NCBI GenBank assembly: GCA_028534125.1
Contig: CM052817.1
Coordinates: 85,748,001 to 85,812,000 of the forward strand
Source of the DNA: Lama glama
Taxonomy: Eukaryota
Length of the DNA: 64,000 bases
Direction of reading: 5' to 3'
How positions within the stretch are numbered: position 1 is the stretch's first letter; the number at the start of each line of letters is the position of its first letter. The notes beneath the pieces were generated by a model. It searched no databases and was not told the origin of the DNA. It saw only the letters and a list, made by a program, of their open reading frames with translations. The position numbers and the translations under genes are program-made. Below, in pieces: positions 13,689-27,060 of the stretch.

Positions 13689-16600
13689 TATTTTGGTCTA
13701 GAAATATTTCCAAGGATTGGAATAACAGAGTAGCTGCCTTAATCTCACCCTAAGATAGTCTTTTCTTGGTTATGCCTGTATCTAGGAGTAAGGGATTTTG
13801 TAAAATGCATTTCAACTTATCTCAGATAGCAAGTACTCCAGTGATGATATTAATTGTAAGATTTAGCTGAGAGAAATTAAAATTAACATAAAAGGAAAAG
13901 GAATAAAGGAAACATGTCAATTCCTTTATCTTACTAAAGAATAATACATAATACCATAATTGACAATAGCAAAACCCTGTGATCAAATACTCACATTTTT
14001 CTGTGAAAGGATTGTGGGCTTCCTAGCGCAGATTAAGAGACAGGGTGTTTTATGCTGGGCAACACTGGGAAACTGGTAACAAAAGACAGTATAACAAAGG
14101 AAGTATTTCCCAGGAAATAAAAAAAAAAAACTCAAAAGAAATACACACAATTCAATTTTTAAAAATATTGCTGCTTTTTTTTATTAGCCAATTATCATTC
14201 TAAACATATTTGAAAAACATGCAAAATTTTTCCCATGTTAAAAATTTTTAAATAAGTTGGGGAGGGGAAAATACAAAGATAAACACTTGTTGTCAGGAAG
14301 GATTTTTAGATAAAAATAACCATAAGAAGTCTTTTTGGTCAGAGCAAGGAGTAGATTTTCTGTTTCTGAGGTGGATTACCATTTCTAAAGAAAATATCAA
14401 AAGCTAATTTCATGTAATTTAGTGGAGACAGCTTTTAGCGTGGATTCCTGGCTTTCCAGTATCAATATGTAAAAAAATTTTAGAGCAGTTTTAAAAAGTA
14501 CGTGTTATGTATCCAGTCCAGTGTTTGTAAGCTTTTTTACATCCTGGGGCAGCTTAGTGCCACTCTTGTTCTTGCTGTTTCCTAGAAATATTAAGGGAAA
14601 GTGATTCTTGATCCAGTTGCAATGAAATATATGTATTCAATTTCATTGTTACTTATATTCTGAAATCGTAAGTTTTAGACTATCAATTTGAGACCTAGAG
14701 AAAATAGGGTAAATAATTTGTTAATTCTACTCCTTGAATTACTATGACTTTACATATACTTCTGTGACTGCTTGGGACATTAACAGACTACTATGAACAC
14801 CATTTGCCTAAGCCTTCTATTCAGTGTCATTTACATTATAATGACAGTGCCAACACCAAATGGAAATTGAGTTGGGGCAGTGTGCTTGTCATTTTGTTTC
14901 AAAGTAATAGCCAGTATATCTTAAGCGGTAAGTCTACGTTGTGTAAACAAAAATATATACTGTTGCACTATGCTCTCTCCCTTTGGAGTTCCTCTGAGTC
15001 TTTTCACCAAAATATTCTCAAAAGTGTATAGGAATATTCTTAAAATTATATTTCAAGGGTTAATTCATATAGAAGAATAATGACAAATAAGAATGGTATA
15101 TGTTCAAATGCAGACCTTGGTAAAATTCATTATACATAATTTAAATAAAAATTCAAAAAGTTTATGTCTATGCAATGCTAAAAAACTCCTTGAGTAATAA
15201 AATATTCCACTGACTCAAATTACATATTGTGTGTACATATGATTCAGTAAATATATAAATACTCTTTCCTTATGAAAATTTTTAAGAACTTGTTTTGACA
15301 GTATATAGTTTGTTTAAAATCTAAGATGTTAGCAAAGAGTTTAATAAATTTCAAACATCACCTAATGGTAAGTGACCAAATACTGTAAGTCACTATCTTA
15401 AAACAAAGGACAAAAAACACAAATGTTTTCTTTGTTAAAGAGTTTGGTTAATTGTTGCTGCCTTTGTATATTTGCTTTGGAATTTGAACAATATTTACTC
15501 ACATAAACATTTTAAAAATAAAATATTTGGTCATGTTAACATTAATTATTATCTAAACCTTGCATTGCAAGTCAGCTTTAGAAACACTGCAGTATATGTG
15601 AATGCATCTTATTATACAGTCATTCTAGAAGAACATGGATAAGAATATGCAGGTAAACATATTGCCCATATTATACGCACCCACTCACACACTAGCATGA
15701 AATGGTAGTACGAATAATTGGTAGTTACATTTTTCGTTTTTAATGAGGCAATTCCTTGCGTCCCTTTCCAAGTTTTTCTTTGAAAAAGCTCTTTCTCTTT
15801 TTCTCTCCATCATTAACCTTGTTCTTGCTGGTTAAATATAGCCACAATAGCCACCACCGCTCTTTATATCTAACATAAAGAGTCATTTCTGCAGGAGTTT
15901 GCATTCTCTCCAGCAGATTATGTTGCCATTAACAGATACAATAAGAATATAAAGCAGGAGTCAAGGCTTCTATGGAAGTCCAAATGAGAAAATAAACGCA
16001 CTCACCTGGCAGCAAGAGTGATGTGGAGGGAGTGTGCATTCAAGGTTCGCCAGAAATTCATTGCTGTTACAACTTGCAGACTATAATGGCAAGACTGGAT
16101 TCCACTTAGCCCAGCACACACATGGATTTTTTACTAAATGATGCAAAATGCAGTTATTCAGTCCTTCTAAAAGAGTCTGATATTTAGTAGTTTCTGTTGT
16201 GCATTAATGGTAAACTAAGCAAGAAAAGTATTGCTAAACTTTTTGCGTGGACTCCTGAGCCCGCATTGCCTTCCACCTGACTAATCAGAATATGCTACAG
16301 TTTGAACAGTCATCATGAATAGACTGTACCTATCTATAAGATATTCTAAACTTTCCCTAAAACAAATCACCTTAAAAATAGTATCTTGACTATCAAGAGA
16401 TAAGACCCACCTAAATTATAATAGACTACTGTTTTAAATTATTTTCAACAATTAATATTTATATAATTAACTAATTGGAATGAATTTTGCACTTTTGGAA
16501 TTTCACATTTAAATTTTAATAAAAGAAAAAGATTTCTGTCTTCATCTTCATTGTCTCTCTCCTATACAAAGTGTGTAGTCACAAATTAACCCTAGTTTTA

Positions 16601-17529
16601 ATACTGTTTTAAAGAAAAAGAAATAACTAGTTTGTTAAGTGTACAGCAAATATAACAAAAATAAACTTTAGTGAAAAAATGATGCCTGTTTCTTGAATTG
16701 TGTACCACATATATTGATTTATTTTTATAATGTATAAATCTACTTTTATTACATTTATATTTAACTGGATTATAATCTGATTTTGTTTATGCCAGAGGCT
16801 GGTTAAGTCTTTTCTAAGTTTTATGTCTGATCTATACTTTGGAACATGTATATCTGATCTTAGTTGAGTGTTTAAAGGTCCATTTTAACAATTTACTGCA
16901 GGGCTAGAAAAGGAAAGAATATCCCTAGAAAATTATATGTGGATTGAGTCAATTTTTAGAGTATAAATGCCAAATCTGAAAAATATTATAATAATGTAAC
17001 ACTTCTATTGATATGACCTTTAGCGAGTAATTGTAAGTGTTAAAATAATGAATTTTCCTCCTTTTTACCTATTTTATTGCAGTGCTTTTTATGAACAACA
17101 AGTCAATTTGTATTATAAGGACCTCTTAAGACCATAAGGAGTACTCATTTGGTATTGTTCTGTTTATGCTGCCCATCAGTTATCTGGACATCCTTTTAGT
17201 TGAGGTTCAGTATTTTTGTTAAAGTTAGGATGAAGAACTCTAATAGAAAAACATATAGTGTTTTTCTAATAGAATAATTATAGTGTTTGCTATTATGTTG
17301 TGTAAGTAAAATATGAAATGATGATGAAAGAATAGTATTTCATGTGTAAACAACTAATGTTTATATCCACATAATAATGTATAGGAAGCTGTTAAATGTA
17401 AAAATGGATTACTTGGTTACATATAAGTATTTGTGTTTTATGCTCATCTATGTCAGGAATAAGAAAACATGCACTTCTTATAGTATAGATATTGGAGTAG
17501 TGGAATTTATTTCAAGGAAGACAAAATTT

Positions 17530-17979
17530 TATATGAGTAAAAAGTTCCTTCAACCAGAGATATGTTAAAATCATGGTCTCTAGGATCTGAAAATGTGACC
17601 TTATTTGTAAATAGAATCTTTGCATATTGAGTCAAGTTAAGATGAGGTCCTTAAGGTGGGCCCTAATCCAGTATGACTGACATCCTCATGAGAAGACAGC
17701 CATGTGAAAATACAGAAATACAGGGTGTGCTCAGATGAAGGCAGGTTGAGATTGGAGTGATGCTTCTACAAGCCAAAGCATGCCAAAGATTGCCTACCGT
17801 CACCAGAAATGAGAGAGAGGCACAGAACAGATATTGCCTCAGAATTCTTAGAAGAAATCAACATGACTGATGGTCTGATTTCAGACTTGGGCCCTCCAAA
17901 ACTGTGAGAAAGTAAATTTCTATTGTTTTTAGACCACTCTTTTTATGATTCTTTATGGCAGTCCTAGGAAACTAATACA
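17530..17979 (+). mobile_element. MaLR solo LTR (MLT1B/C-like)
   Basis: aatgtgaccttatttgtaaatagaatctttgca...gtgggccctaatccagtatgactg...ggcagtcctaggaaactaataca (canonical MLT1 3' end). Confidence 0.9.
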
Positions 17980-18849
17980 CTACCTACGTCTAGATGGTCA
18001 AGGTTCTGGCCATTTTATTCTACATGCTAGATTGAATTGATACTTATATAAACTACACTTCCTGGAACAATGCATGAGACATTATGTTAATATTTCATTT
18101 AAATATGTGATTCCAACTGTGAGGTTTCACTAGGCCATAGACTATAGTAAATGAGATTCATCCCAATTTATAGCAGACTCTACTTCTTCCCCTGTTTCTT
18201 CTTCATATCATCTTTTAAAATTGTTCTTTTCTAGGGTACTTCACACATAGAAGCAATGTCTATTTGGTGTTTTCTCTCAGCATCCACACATTCAAAGCCC
18301 ATATGTTTTTGTTTCCTTATGCATTTCTCATACACATTCCTTGAAAACAGGCTACAATAGACAACCTGTGTATCAATGAGTCATTGTCATAACTTCCCTT
18401 CTAAAATGCCTTTACAGAAGCAACTTTAAAGCTTAGATTCTTGTAAATCCTAGTTTTATTTTTCTCTTTGCCTTGATATCCTGACCAAAATTAATCTCCC
18501 AAACTTGATATCAACACACTTTAATTAGTATCAGAATGGTTCTCTTTCTTTTTCAATTGTGAAGTTCTAAAAGTTAATGGCTCTTAATTATTAATTTTAT
18601 TATCCTCAACATGGTTTTCACTTAGTAAAATTCAGTGTTCCTTGGACTGGACAACATGTTGTCTCCTCTACTTTTACTTAATTCTCATTTCTGACTGCAG
18701 CATGACTGATTAATCCTAATTCATAATGCTTACTTTTCATATTGAATTGGTTAGCCATTGTATTTGTCAGCTTATTAAATATCAAATATAATAAAAAATA
18801 CGTATAGATACATGTGAGTTTTAGAAGAAACACAGATGTATCTAGCATA

Positions 18850-21800
18850 TATTTTATAATAAAAATCAATATTGCTTTTGGAGACTGCTGTGGGCCCCTA
18901 CTTGGTGCCAACTCAGTCTTTCCCATCAGAGGAGATCACTACCCTGAATGTTATGTTTGCCTTTCCCTAGTTTCCTTTAGTTTTCCAAGTACGTGCCTGT
19001 GTCCCTGAGCAAATATGTTTCTGAGCCTGGATGTTTTTAAACTCTATGTTAATGTAATTACAGTCTGTGAATTCTTCCACAACTTGCTAATTTGAATTAA
19101 CATTGTATTCCTGAAATTTATCTATGTTTACTGTAAATAACAATCATATATTCTTAGTTATTGGATAATATTTCACTGTATAACACTAGAAAGTGTATTA
19201 AACATAGGATTATTTCCAGCTTTTTTTTGTTTGTTTGGTTGTTTTTTATTTTGTTTTTTGGATTTTATTTTTTTTTTAATTGAAGTTTAGTCAGTTTACA
19301 ATGTTGTGTTCATTTCTGGTGTATAGCCTAGTGTTTCAGTTATAAATATATAGATTCATTTTTATATTCTTTTTCATTATAGATTATTACAAGATACTGA
19401 ATATAGTTCCCCATGCTATACATGTAGTAGCACCTTGTTGTTTATCCATTTTATATATAGTAGTTAGTAATCTTGATCTCCCAATTTATCCCTCCACTCT
19501 GCTTACCCCCTGGTAAACATAATATTGTCTTCTGTTTCTGTGAGTCTGTTTCTGGTTTGTAAATAAGTTAATTTGTGTCAATTTTTTAGATTCCACATGT
19601 AAGTGATATCATATGATACTTTTCTTTCTCTTTCTGGCTTACTTCACTTAGAATGACATTCTCCAGTAACATCCATGTTGCTGCAAATGGCATTATTTTA
19701 TTCTTTCTATGGCTGAGTAGTATTCCATTGAATAGATATACCACAACTTCTTTATCCAGTCATCTGTTGATGACATTTATGTTGCTTCCATGTCTTGACT
19801 ATTGTAAATAGTGCTGCTATGAACACTGGGGTGCATGCTTCTTTTCAAATTAGAGTTTTCCTCTGGGTATATGCTCAAGAGTGAGATTGCTGGATCATAT
19901 GGTAAGTCTATTTTTAGTTTTTTTAAGGAATCTGCATACTGTTTTCCATATGGCTGCACCAAACTGCTTTCCTACCAACAGTCTAGAAGGGTTCCCTTTT
20001 CTCTATACCCTCTCCAGCATTTATCATTTGTTGACTTTTTAATGATGGCCGTTCTGACTGGTGTGAGGTGATACCTCATTGTAGTTTTTATTTGCATTTC
20101 TCTCATAATTAGCAATATTGAGCATTTTTTTCATGTGCCTATTAGCCATTTGTATGTCTCTATTAGAGAAATGCTTGTGAGGATCTTCTGCCCATTTTTG
20201 GATTAGGTGGTTTGTTTTTTTGTTATTGAGTTGTGTGAGCTATTTGTATATTCTGGAAATTGCCAGCCCTTTTTTTGTTGTTGTTTTAATACGAAAATTC
20301 TTTCATGACCATTTTTGTATGTTTTCTGCTGCATATGTGCAATGGATTCTCTAGGGTATATACCTAAGAATAGATACCTGCATCACAAGGTAGGTATATC
20401 TTTGTTCCTCTTAGAACATGTCAAGTTTCTTTCTAAGGCAGTTGTATCAATGTACACTCTCACTAGAAGTTTAAAATTATTACAGTTCTTTCATATCATC
20501 ACTAACACTGGATATTTCAGACTTAAATTTTTGCTAATCTGTGTTGATATGAAATGATATTTTACTGCAAGTTCAATTTGAATGCCACCTATTATTTATC
20601 AGATTAACTTCTTCATATATTTAATGGCTAATGAGATTTTATTCTCTGGAAATTCTAGTTTTTGCTCATATTATTGGATTATCTCTTTTTCTTAATGACT
20701 TGTGGATAGTCTTTCTATATTCTGAATTTATAATTTATATCAGTTTCAAATAGTCTCTTTCAATTAATGGTTTGTGTTTCCACTTGTTTTGGTTTATTTT
20801 CATAAATAAATATTCTCATTCCAATATGTTTTACAAGTTGTACAAATTTTATAGTTTTGCCTTTCATATTCAAATTTATAATTTATCTTTGTTTATACTG
20901 TGAAGTAGGAGTCCAGTTTCATTTTTTTGACATAGGAGTAGCTAATTATCTCAGCATGTGTTATTGTAGAGCTCTCTTTTTCTGCAGTGACTGACAGTGT
21001 CATTTCTATCATAAATCAAGTTTCCATACAGCAATGTTTGTTTCTTGTGATGTTGCCTGTAATTGTTTCATATACTGTCCTTGTTGGCTTCAGTATATAG
21101 GATGTTTTAATCCAATAAAAAGAGTTGGAGAAGGTTTCCCATTTTCTATATTCTGCAGTAGGAATAATTTCCATATTTTCTGAATATGACAAATAAGATT
21201 AGCTGTTCCTTGAATACATGTGAGAACTTGATGGTTAAAAAAAAAATTCTAGGCTTGGTGTTTCCTTTTTTGGAAGACTTTCCTCAGCCTGTATTTTTTA
21301 AGTTCTGAAATAAACTTGATTTTTAATACATTTTTCAGTCAGCTTTTGAGGTTAAATTTTATCTAGAAATTCATTTATTTGCTTGGTCTTTTCAAAATAA
21401 TGGACATAGTGTTTTCCAAATTAAACAATTATTCCCTTTATGCTTTGTTTTGGTTAGTATTAGTCAATTCTTTGTTCATCATTTTACTTTCCACCTTTCT
21501 CTTTGCTTTGTTTTGATATACCTCTTTTGAGTAGCACATAGGTAGATATGTTTTGAAAGGCCCATTCTGATGAACTTTGTTTTTCTTAACACAAGCATTT
21601 TGTCCATTTATATTTATTGTAATTATTGATTTTACTTATTTACTCTAATATTATATGTTGTCAAAATTTTCCCAAGTTTTCTACATTTTTTACTCTTTTC
21701 TGCTTTTGTGATTGTTCTAATCTCATTTTCCCCTCTATTCAATTAAAATTATACATTTTATTTCTCTTTAGTTTTTCCCCAGCAATTTTAACATTCATTT

Positions 21801-22950
21801 AAGTTAATTGGTGCCATTACTCTTCTCACAAATGGTATTTAGAATATTTTAAACTTGATCAAATATTTCCTAAATGTTCCCAAATCATCACCATTATTAT
21901 AGTTTCATATTTTTCATTCTTACAATAAATATTTAATATTGGTGTACACAAATAATATTTGTTTAGCTTTTGACATACATATCAGATTTCTTGCTTTTTT
22001 GTTCCTGATGGTACCACAGATGTCCTTCCAGCATCCTTTTCATTCTGACAGAAGTACACCCTATAGAATTTCATATGAAGATAATCTATTTGTGGAAATG
22101 TCTCATATTTTATTCATCTAAACATCTACTTTTTCACTTTCACAAAGTTATTTTCAGAAGGATTAAATATTGTTTTCTCTCAGTGTATTTATGATATTAT
22201 TTCAAAATGTTCTAGCTTCCATCGTTACTACTGGGAAGTCACCTGCAAGTCTAATTTTAAATGCTTTAAGGATAATCTTCTCTTTCTCTCTGTCCATTTT
22301 TAAGAGATTCTCTTTGGTTTTGGTGTACTACAGGCTCACTGTGGTATACCTAGGAGTAAATATAATTCATCTCATTTGGGATTTTATAAGCTTCTGTGAA
22401 TTTTTTTCCTTTTTCCAGTTTTGACTTTTCTTGGTTATTACCTTTTTGTATAGTTTTGTGTTTATTTTATCTCTTCTTTACTTAAATTCTGATTAAAGCT
22501 TTTTAGATTTTCTCATTCTAAAATCCATGTATCTTCACCATGGTGTTTTGCTGTTGTTTTTTGTTTTTAATCTCTTTACTTTTTAAACTGCAGTGTGAAT
22601 AATGACTTCAGTTATATATTCAGGAGTGATTCTTCAGTTCTGCATTATGCCTACTAACATATCCACTGAGTTTTTAATTTCTGTTATATGTGTATATATT
22701 TAATTCAGTTATTTTTCAATCAGCTTAGACCCTTTTACTGGAGTCAGTCTTGCTTTTATCTCATGTACCTTTCATTTCTTGTTATCATTAAATATACTTA
22801 ATTTTGTCAACTGATGTCTTTGCAGTTTTGTTTTTTCTTCCAGTTGTTTATGGTAGGCAACATTTATGGTACAGACTGTTAACTGTAATATTTCTGACTG
22901 TGGACTCAATTTTCTTGGAAATACTTTTTGTTGTAATTCTTAAGGATGCT
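18850..22950 (-). mobile_element. Old LINE-1 (L1ME-like) fragments, interrupted at ~19221-20262 by a younger L1
   Basis: T-rich decayed antisense L1 sequence (ttctctagggtatatacctaagaatag; gggaagtcacctgcaagtctaatt). Boundaries approximate. Confidence 0.7.
19221..20262 (-). mobile_element. Lineage-specific LINE-1 3' fragment with TSD
   Basis: Poly-T tail, 3'-UTR and ORF2 C-terminus (ORF 19777-19962(-): LKKLKIDLPYDPAISLLSIYP). Flanked by ccagc-ttttttt-gtt at 19216 and ccagcc-cttttttt-gtt at 20263. Confidence 0.95.
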
Positions 22951-25284
22951 TATGGTAACAAAAGGAAAAGCTTAATATAATCAGCAAAAGTCCAAAAGAG
23001 AGAGCTGGTTCCACTGCTCCTTTTTCTTCTTTCAGCTCTCATTTCAGTTAATACTTGATTTGATCAAAATTCAGAACATAAATGCATTTTAAAAATTATG
23101 CACATACATATACGGTTTTTAGTTGTTTTAGTGGAATATTTAGTTAGATCACCTAGAATTACTATTATCAAATAGTAATTTTCTCTTCCTACTTTTAATC
23201 CTATTTTATATCCATTTTTACAATTAGTAGTCTTATGGAAGGAAAAGATGCTTTTTTGTTCTTTCCTAGTCATCATAAAATGTATATTTTATTTTTTAAT
23301 GTTTCTCTTAGTTATACTAAATTATGCTTTATAGTATATTTCACCTTAGTAGCACACTTTTTTAATTTGAAAAATCTTCACTGGAGGATATTTTGGAGAA
23401 GAAATGTTTAAATTGGAAGCCTTAATAGGCATGATGTTCTGGTTTGAATCGCAGCATATCACCTCTTTCTGTCATTTTTTTTTTTGCCTGGTCCAGATGG
23501 CAGTTATTTGACTTGCCCAGAGTCTGGATGAGTTAAGTGTGAACAATTTGAAATTCAATCAGTAGAAGATGGAAGTGATGGCTTTTGGGCAGAGGAAAGC
23601 ATTTTGATAATTTATAAAGAATTTTATTTAGATGACCATGAAAAATATAAGCTATGTTATACTGTGATAAACCTGACACTTTTGGCATTAGATTAAAATG
23701 AATTTTCCACTCAAAAAATCAATGATATGCTTCTTCTTTCTCCTTTATTAAGGAAATAATCCCCAATTTTTTTGGCTTAGAGGTTGTAGATTAATTACAT
23801 GCATGATGTTTTGGCTTCATTTCTGTGCATTTTAATAGACTTATTACACATTTTCTACAAAATATAAATACAGTAGATAAGAAAACACTATGTACAAGAG
23901 AAGTTTTGCTTTCATGGTTCAGATCAATTTTTTGTACAGGCACAAGTTATACTTTTGAGAAAATGGAAGCACTGGACTGCTCTTGCATTTTGTTTTAAAT
24001 CTATGATTTAAAATCAATTTTGGTAATTACCTTCAACTTAATTTTCACAAAGTTTTAATTTTCACAAAGTTTGATTATTTAGAAGACAAACATACTTTGG
24101 GGATATTTATAGGACAATTCAATGTCATATTTGTATAAATGCAGGAAGTGGCTTTAAGAACTATAAGAGGTCCTCATATTTTAAAGCATTTAAGTGTCTG
24201 GAGAGTAGCCCACATATAAAAGTAATTATAAATATAAGTTAAACAGATTCTAGAAGTATTTGAAGTAAAATATCTTATGTTTTTATCTCCATGTAAGTTT
24301 AATTTCAGTAAACTTAAGCTTGCTCATGATATTGTAATTATTTAATGTTAAAGACAAGCTTTTCCAAGTATAAATTTTATAGAATCTAAAAATCAGAACA
24401 AAGCAAGATTTAAAAAAATGAAAAAAATAATACCAAGAAAGAATCTTTAAAAATATAGTGTATTGTTTTAATTTAACCTAATGAGAAAGGGTGTCATCGA
24501 TAGGTCAGATAGAATATAAAACCCCATCTAGCCTTTCAGTGGGAGAGATGGTACTAGAAATTAAATTACCAAGTTCCGTTTGGTTTACTGATAGGAAGAC
24601 CCAGGTTTCAATTCTAGTCTTACCCTCTGTAGATGCTGGCACATCTAGCACATTTGTCAAAGTTAGGAAAAGATTCCTTCAAGACAAATAAATTAGGAAA
24701 CTGCCCTTTCAATGGAAAGTAGAAATATTCTCTGTGTCAGTAGGAGTCAGAGCAGAAAAAAAAAAAAGCCTTTAATTACAGTAATTAAAGAAAATCCTAA
24801 TACAAACCTTTGCTATCACAAGGATTTGTAGTATAGCTTGTTGTTTATCTTTTCTTTTCCATTAATGGTAACAGAAGGAAGCCATCATGAAAGCTAGGTG
24901 ATAGTCCTGGGGGAGCCCACCTTGAGAGCTGGGAATTAGGCAGTCTGGAGAGAGCAAGGTTGAAACATAAGTCCCCCAGCATCACTCTCCTTCCTCCTTT
25001 TCATCTCTTTTTGCTCCCTATTGGCCAACACAATTAGGTGCCAGAGGGCAAGAAAGCCTAAGGCAGAAAACAGAGTAGGGAAGGGTAGAAAGTGAATCTA
25101 GAGATGCTAAGAGATTTCCAGCTTGGCTTCTTTTCCTTGAGGCTGCCACCCTGCTGAGCCAAGGTAGCAAATTTGGCAAACCAGACCCATCTGCTTCCCA
25201 ACTGGTCCTTTCTATCTCCTTCACCAGGCTTTCTTGTACATGGTACAAGCATCCGCTTTCACGCTTACATCGTAAAATAGCGCA

Positions 25285-25400
25285 AATGACTCCTATATGC
25301 AAAATAAACATAATGACAATATTTACCTCCCAGGTGTGTTGTGAAGACTAAATGTAATTAGCTTTTTGAAAGACTATTATAAATCTAAATAAATATGCAA
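25285..25400 (+). mobile_element. MIR SINE fragment
   Basis: aataaacataatgacaatatttacctcccaggtgtgttgtgaagactaaatg resembles the MIR core. Confidence 0.6.
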
Positions 25401-26521
25401 ATACATGACAATTTTCATTACTGAAAGAAGAAAACCATTTTTCAAATAGCTGTTGTATGCAAAACTCTGAGATCGATTCATCTCTCTTTAATACAAACTT
25501 TCATCAGTGTTATTGCTCACTTTTAGTCAGTAGGTATTCTTACTCTCCCACCACACTTACCATCTTTCTACTCAGCTGTCTAAATTTAATCCTGTTGTTT
25601 CTCTTTCCTGAAATGGTTTGAATATTGTTTCATGTATATTTTTAGCACTTCCAAGAAACTATGCTGGTCTGTCTCTTCCAGTTCTTATCTAGCCTTTTAT
25701 TATCATATTTTTGGTTTGTTTCACATAGTTAACATATTAGCATTAGTCATATAATATTCTATATTGATAGTTTCATGCCTGTTTTGTAATAGCCCTTAGT
25801 AACAATCGAAGATTGGGTGGAGAAAGCAGAGGATTCGGGGCCCTTTGAACCAAATAGTTGTCCACCTATCACAATACCAAATTTAGACAAAAGTGACCTC
25901 CAGAAAACTGAGCATGGCATGTTCTACCCCAGTTTCATCATATTTTGAATATTCTTTGTAAGGGACAAATCTATGGAAAATTATTACTAAACCAAGAAAG
26001 AGTATCTGCCTATTTGCTAGCTATTCCTTCTCTAATGTAATTTGGTGGTTTGCTTTAACACAGACTAAATGCGCATGGTTGACTCTTATAAATAAGATTC
26101 TTGTCAGGAGATCAGTGACTGTGGTACAGCAGTTCTCGATCGCTTCAGACGGACTTAAACCTACTAACACTGTCAACTGCACCAACTGCATTAAGTTTCC
26201 TTGTAACCCAGCAGAGCAGAATATCACAGGAGGAATCATTTGGACTGTTTTTAAAATTAGCCAGTTTATGCATGCAACAACATAAGTTAATCGGACTTCT
26301 AAAATCTTCCATTTCTAATGTCCTGATTTCTTTACATACTTAAGAGTCAGTTAGTATAAATTAACATCCGTAAACTGGTACTGACTTGTTTGTCCATGGT
26401 TCTGTAGGGCCTGTCTATAATATACCGATACTCTCTTAAGCTGTTACCAACATGATAACCATGAGTTAAAAGAGCCTTTTTTATAGAACAAACAGTTTTA
26501 TTTTTCGGTGACTAAAGTATA

Positions 26522-26844
26522 TGTTAAAAGATAAACTGAGGCATATTAAAACAATTTAAGAGTTTATTTGAGCAAAAATTAATTCGAATGGGGCAGAGCT
26601 AACCTGGAAGTGGTTAAGGGGACTCCATCCACATGAGGGAAAGATGTTTTCAGAGAAAAGGCAGAAGCAAAACAAAAATTATCTGATTGGCTGTAGCTTA
26701 ACTGTGTGCCTTATTTGTAGAAGCTAGCTGGTTGTGCGTGATTGGTTGAGGCATTTATAGGCTCGGTTTAGGTTTGCTTACATTGGCTGCTGAGGTATTA
26801 GAACCACATCAGTCTGATGGCCTCCTTGTCTAATTAATGTAACA
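26522..26844 (-). mobile_element. ERV1-class solo LTR
   Basis: TG...CA termini (tgttaaaag...tgtaaca). Read on the minus strand: CCAAT boxes (gattgg on +), a TATA-like element (tttata) and AATAAA (tttatt near 26563). Near-TSD gtata/gtaat. Confidence 0.75.
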
Positions 26845-26869
26845 GTAATAAAACTTGATATTTACGCAA

Positions 26870-27060
26870 GATATTCTGACACACATTGTCTCATAGAAAG
26901 CATACCATAAGCCTGTTGTAATATTATTTCATTTTATAGACAAGACACTAAGACTTAAGGCTGTGATTTGCTCAGTCATACAGCAAAGAAATGGCAGATC
27001 CAGGTCAACTAGGATTCTGTCAACAAAACTGGAGACTTTACCGTTGTTTACAACCGCCTC
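26870..27060 (-). mobile_element. MIR SINE
   Basis: attatttcattttatagacaagacactaagactta...gatttgctcagtcatacagc matches the antisense MIR core. Confidence 0.7.
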
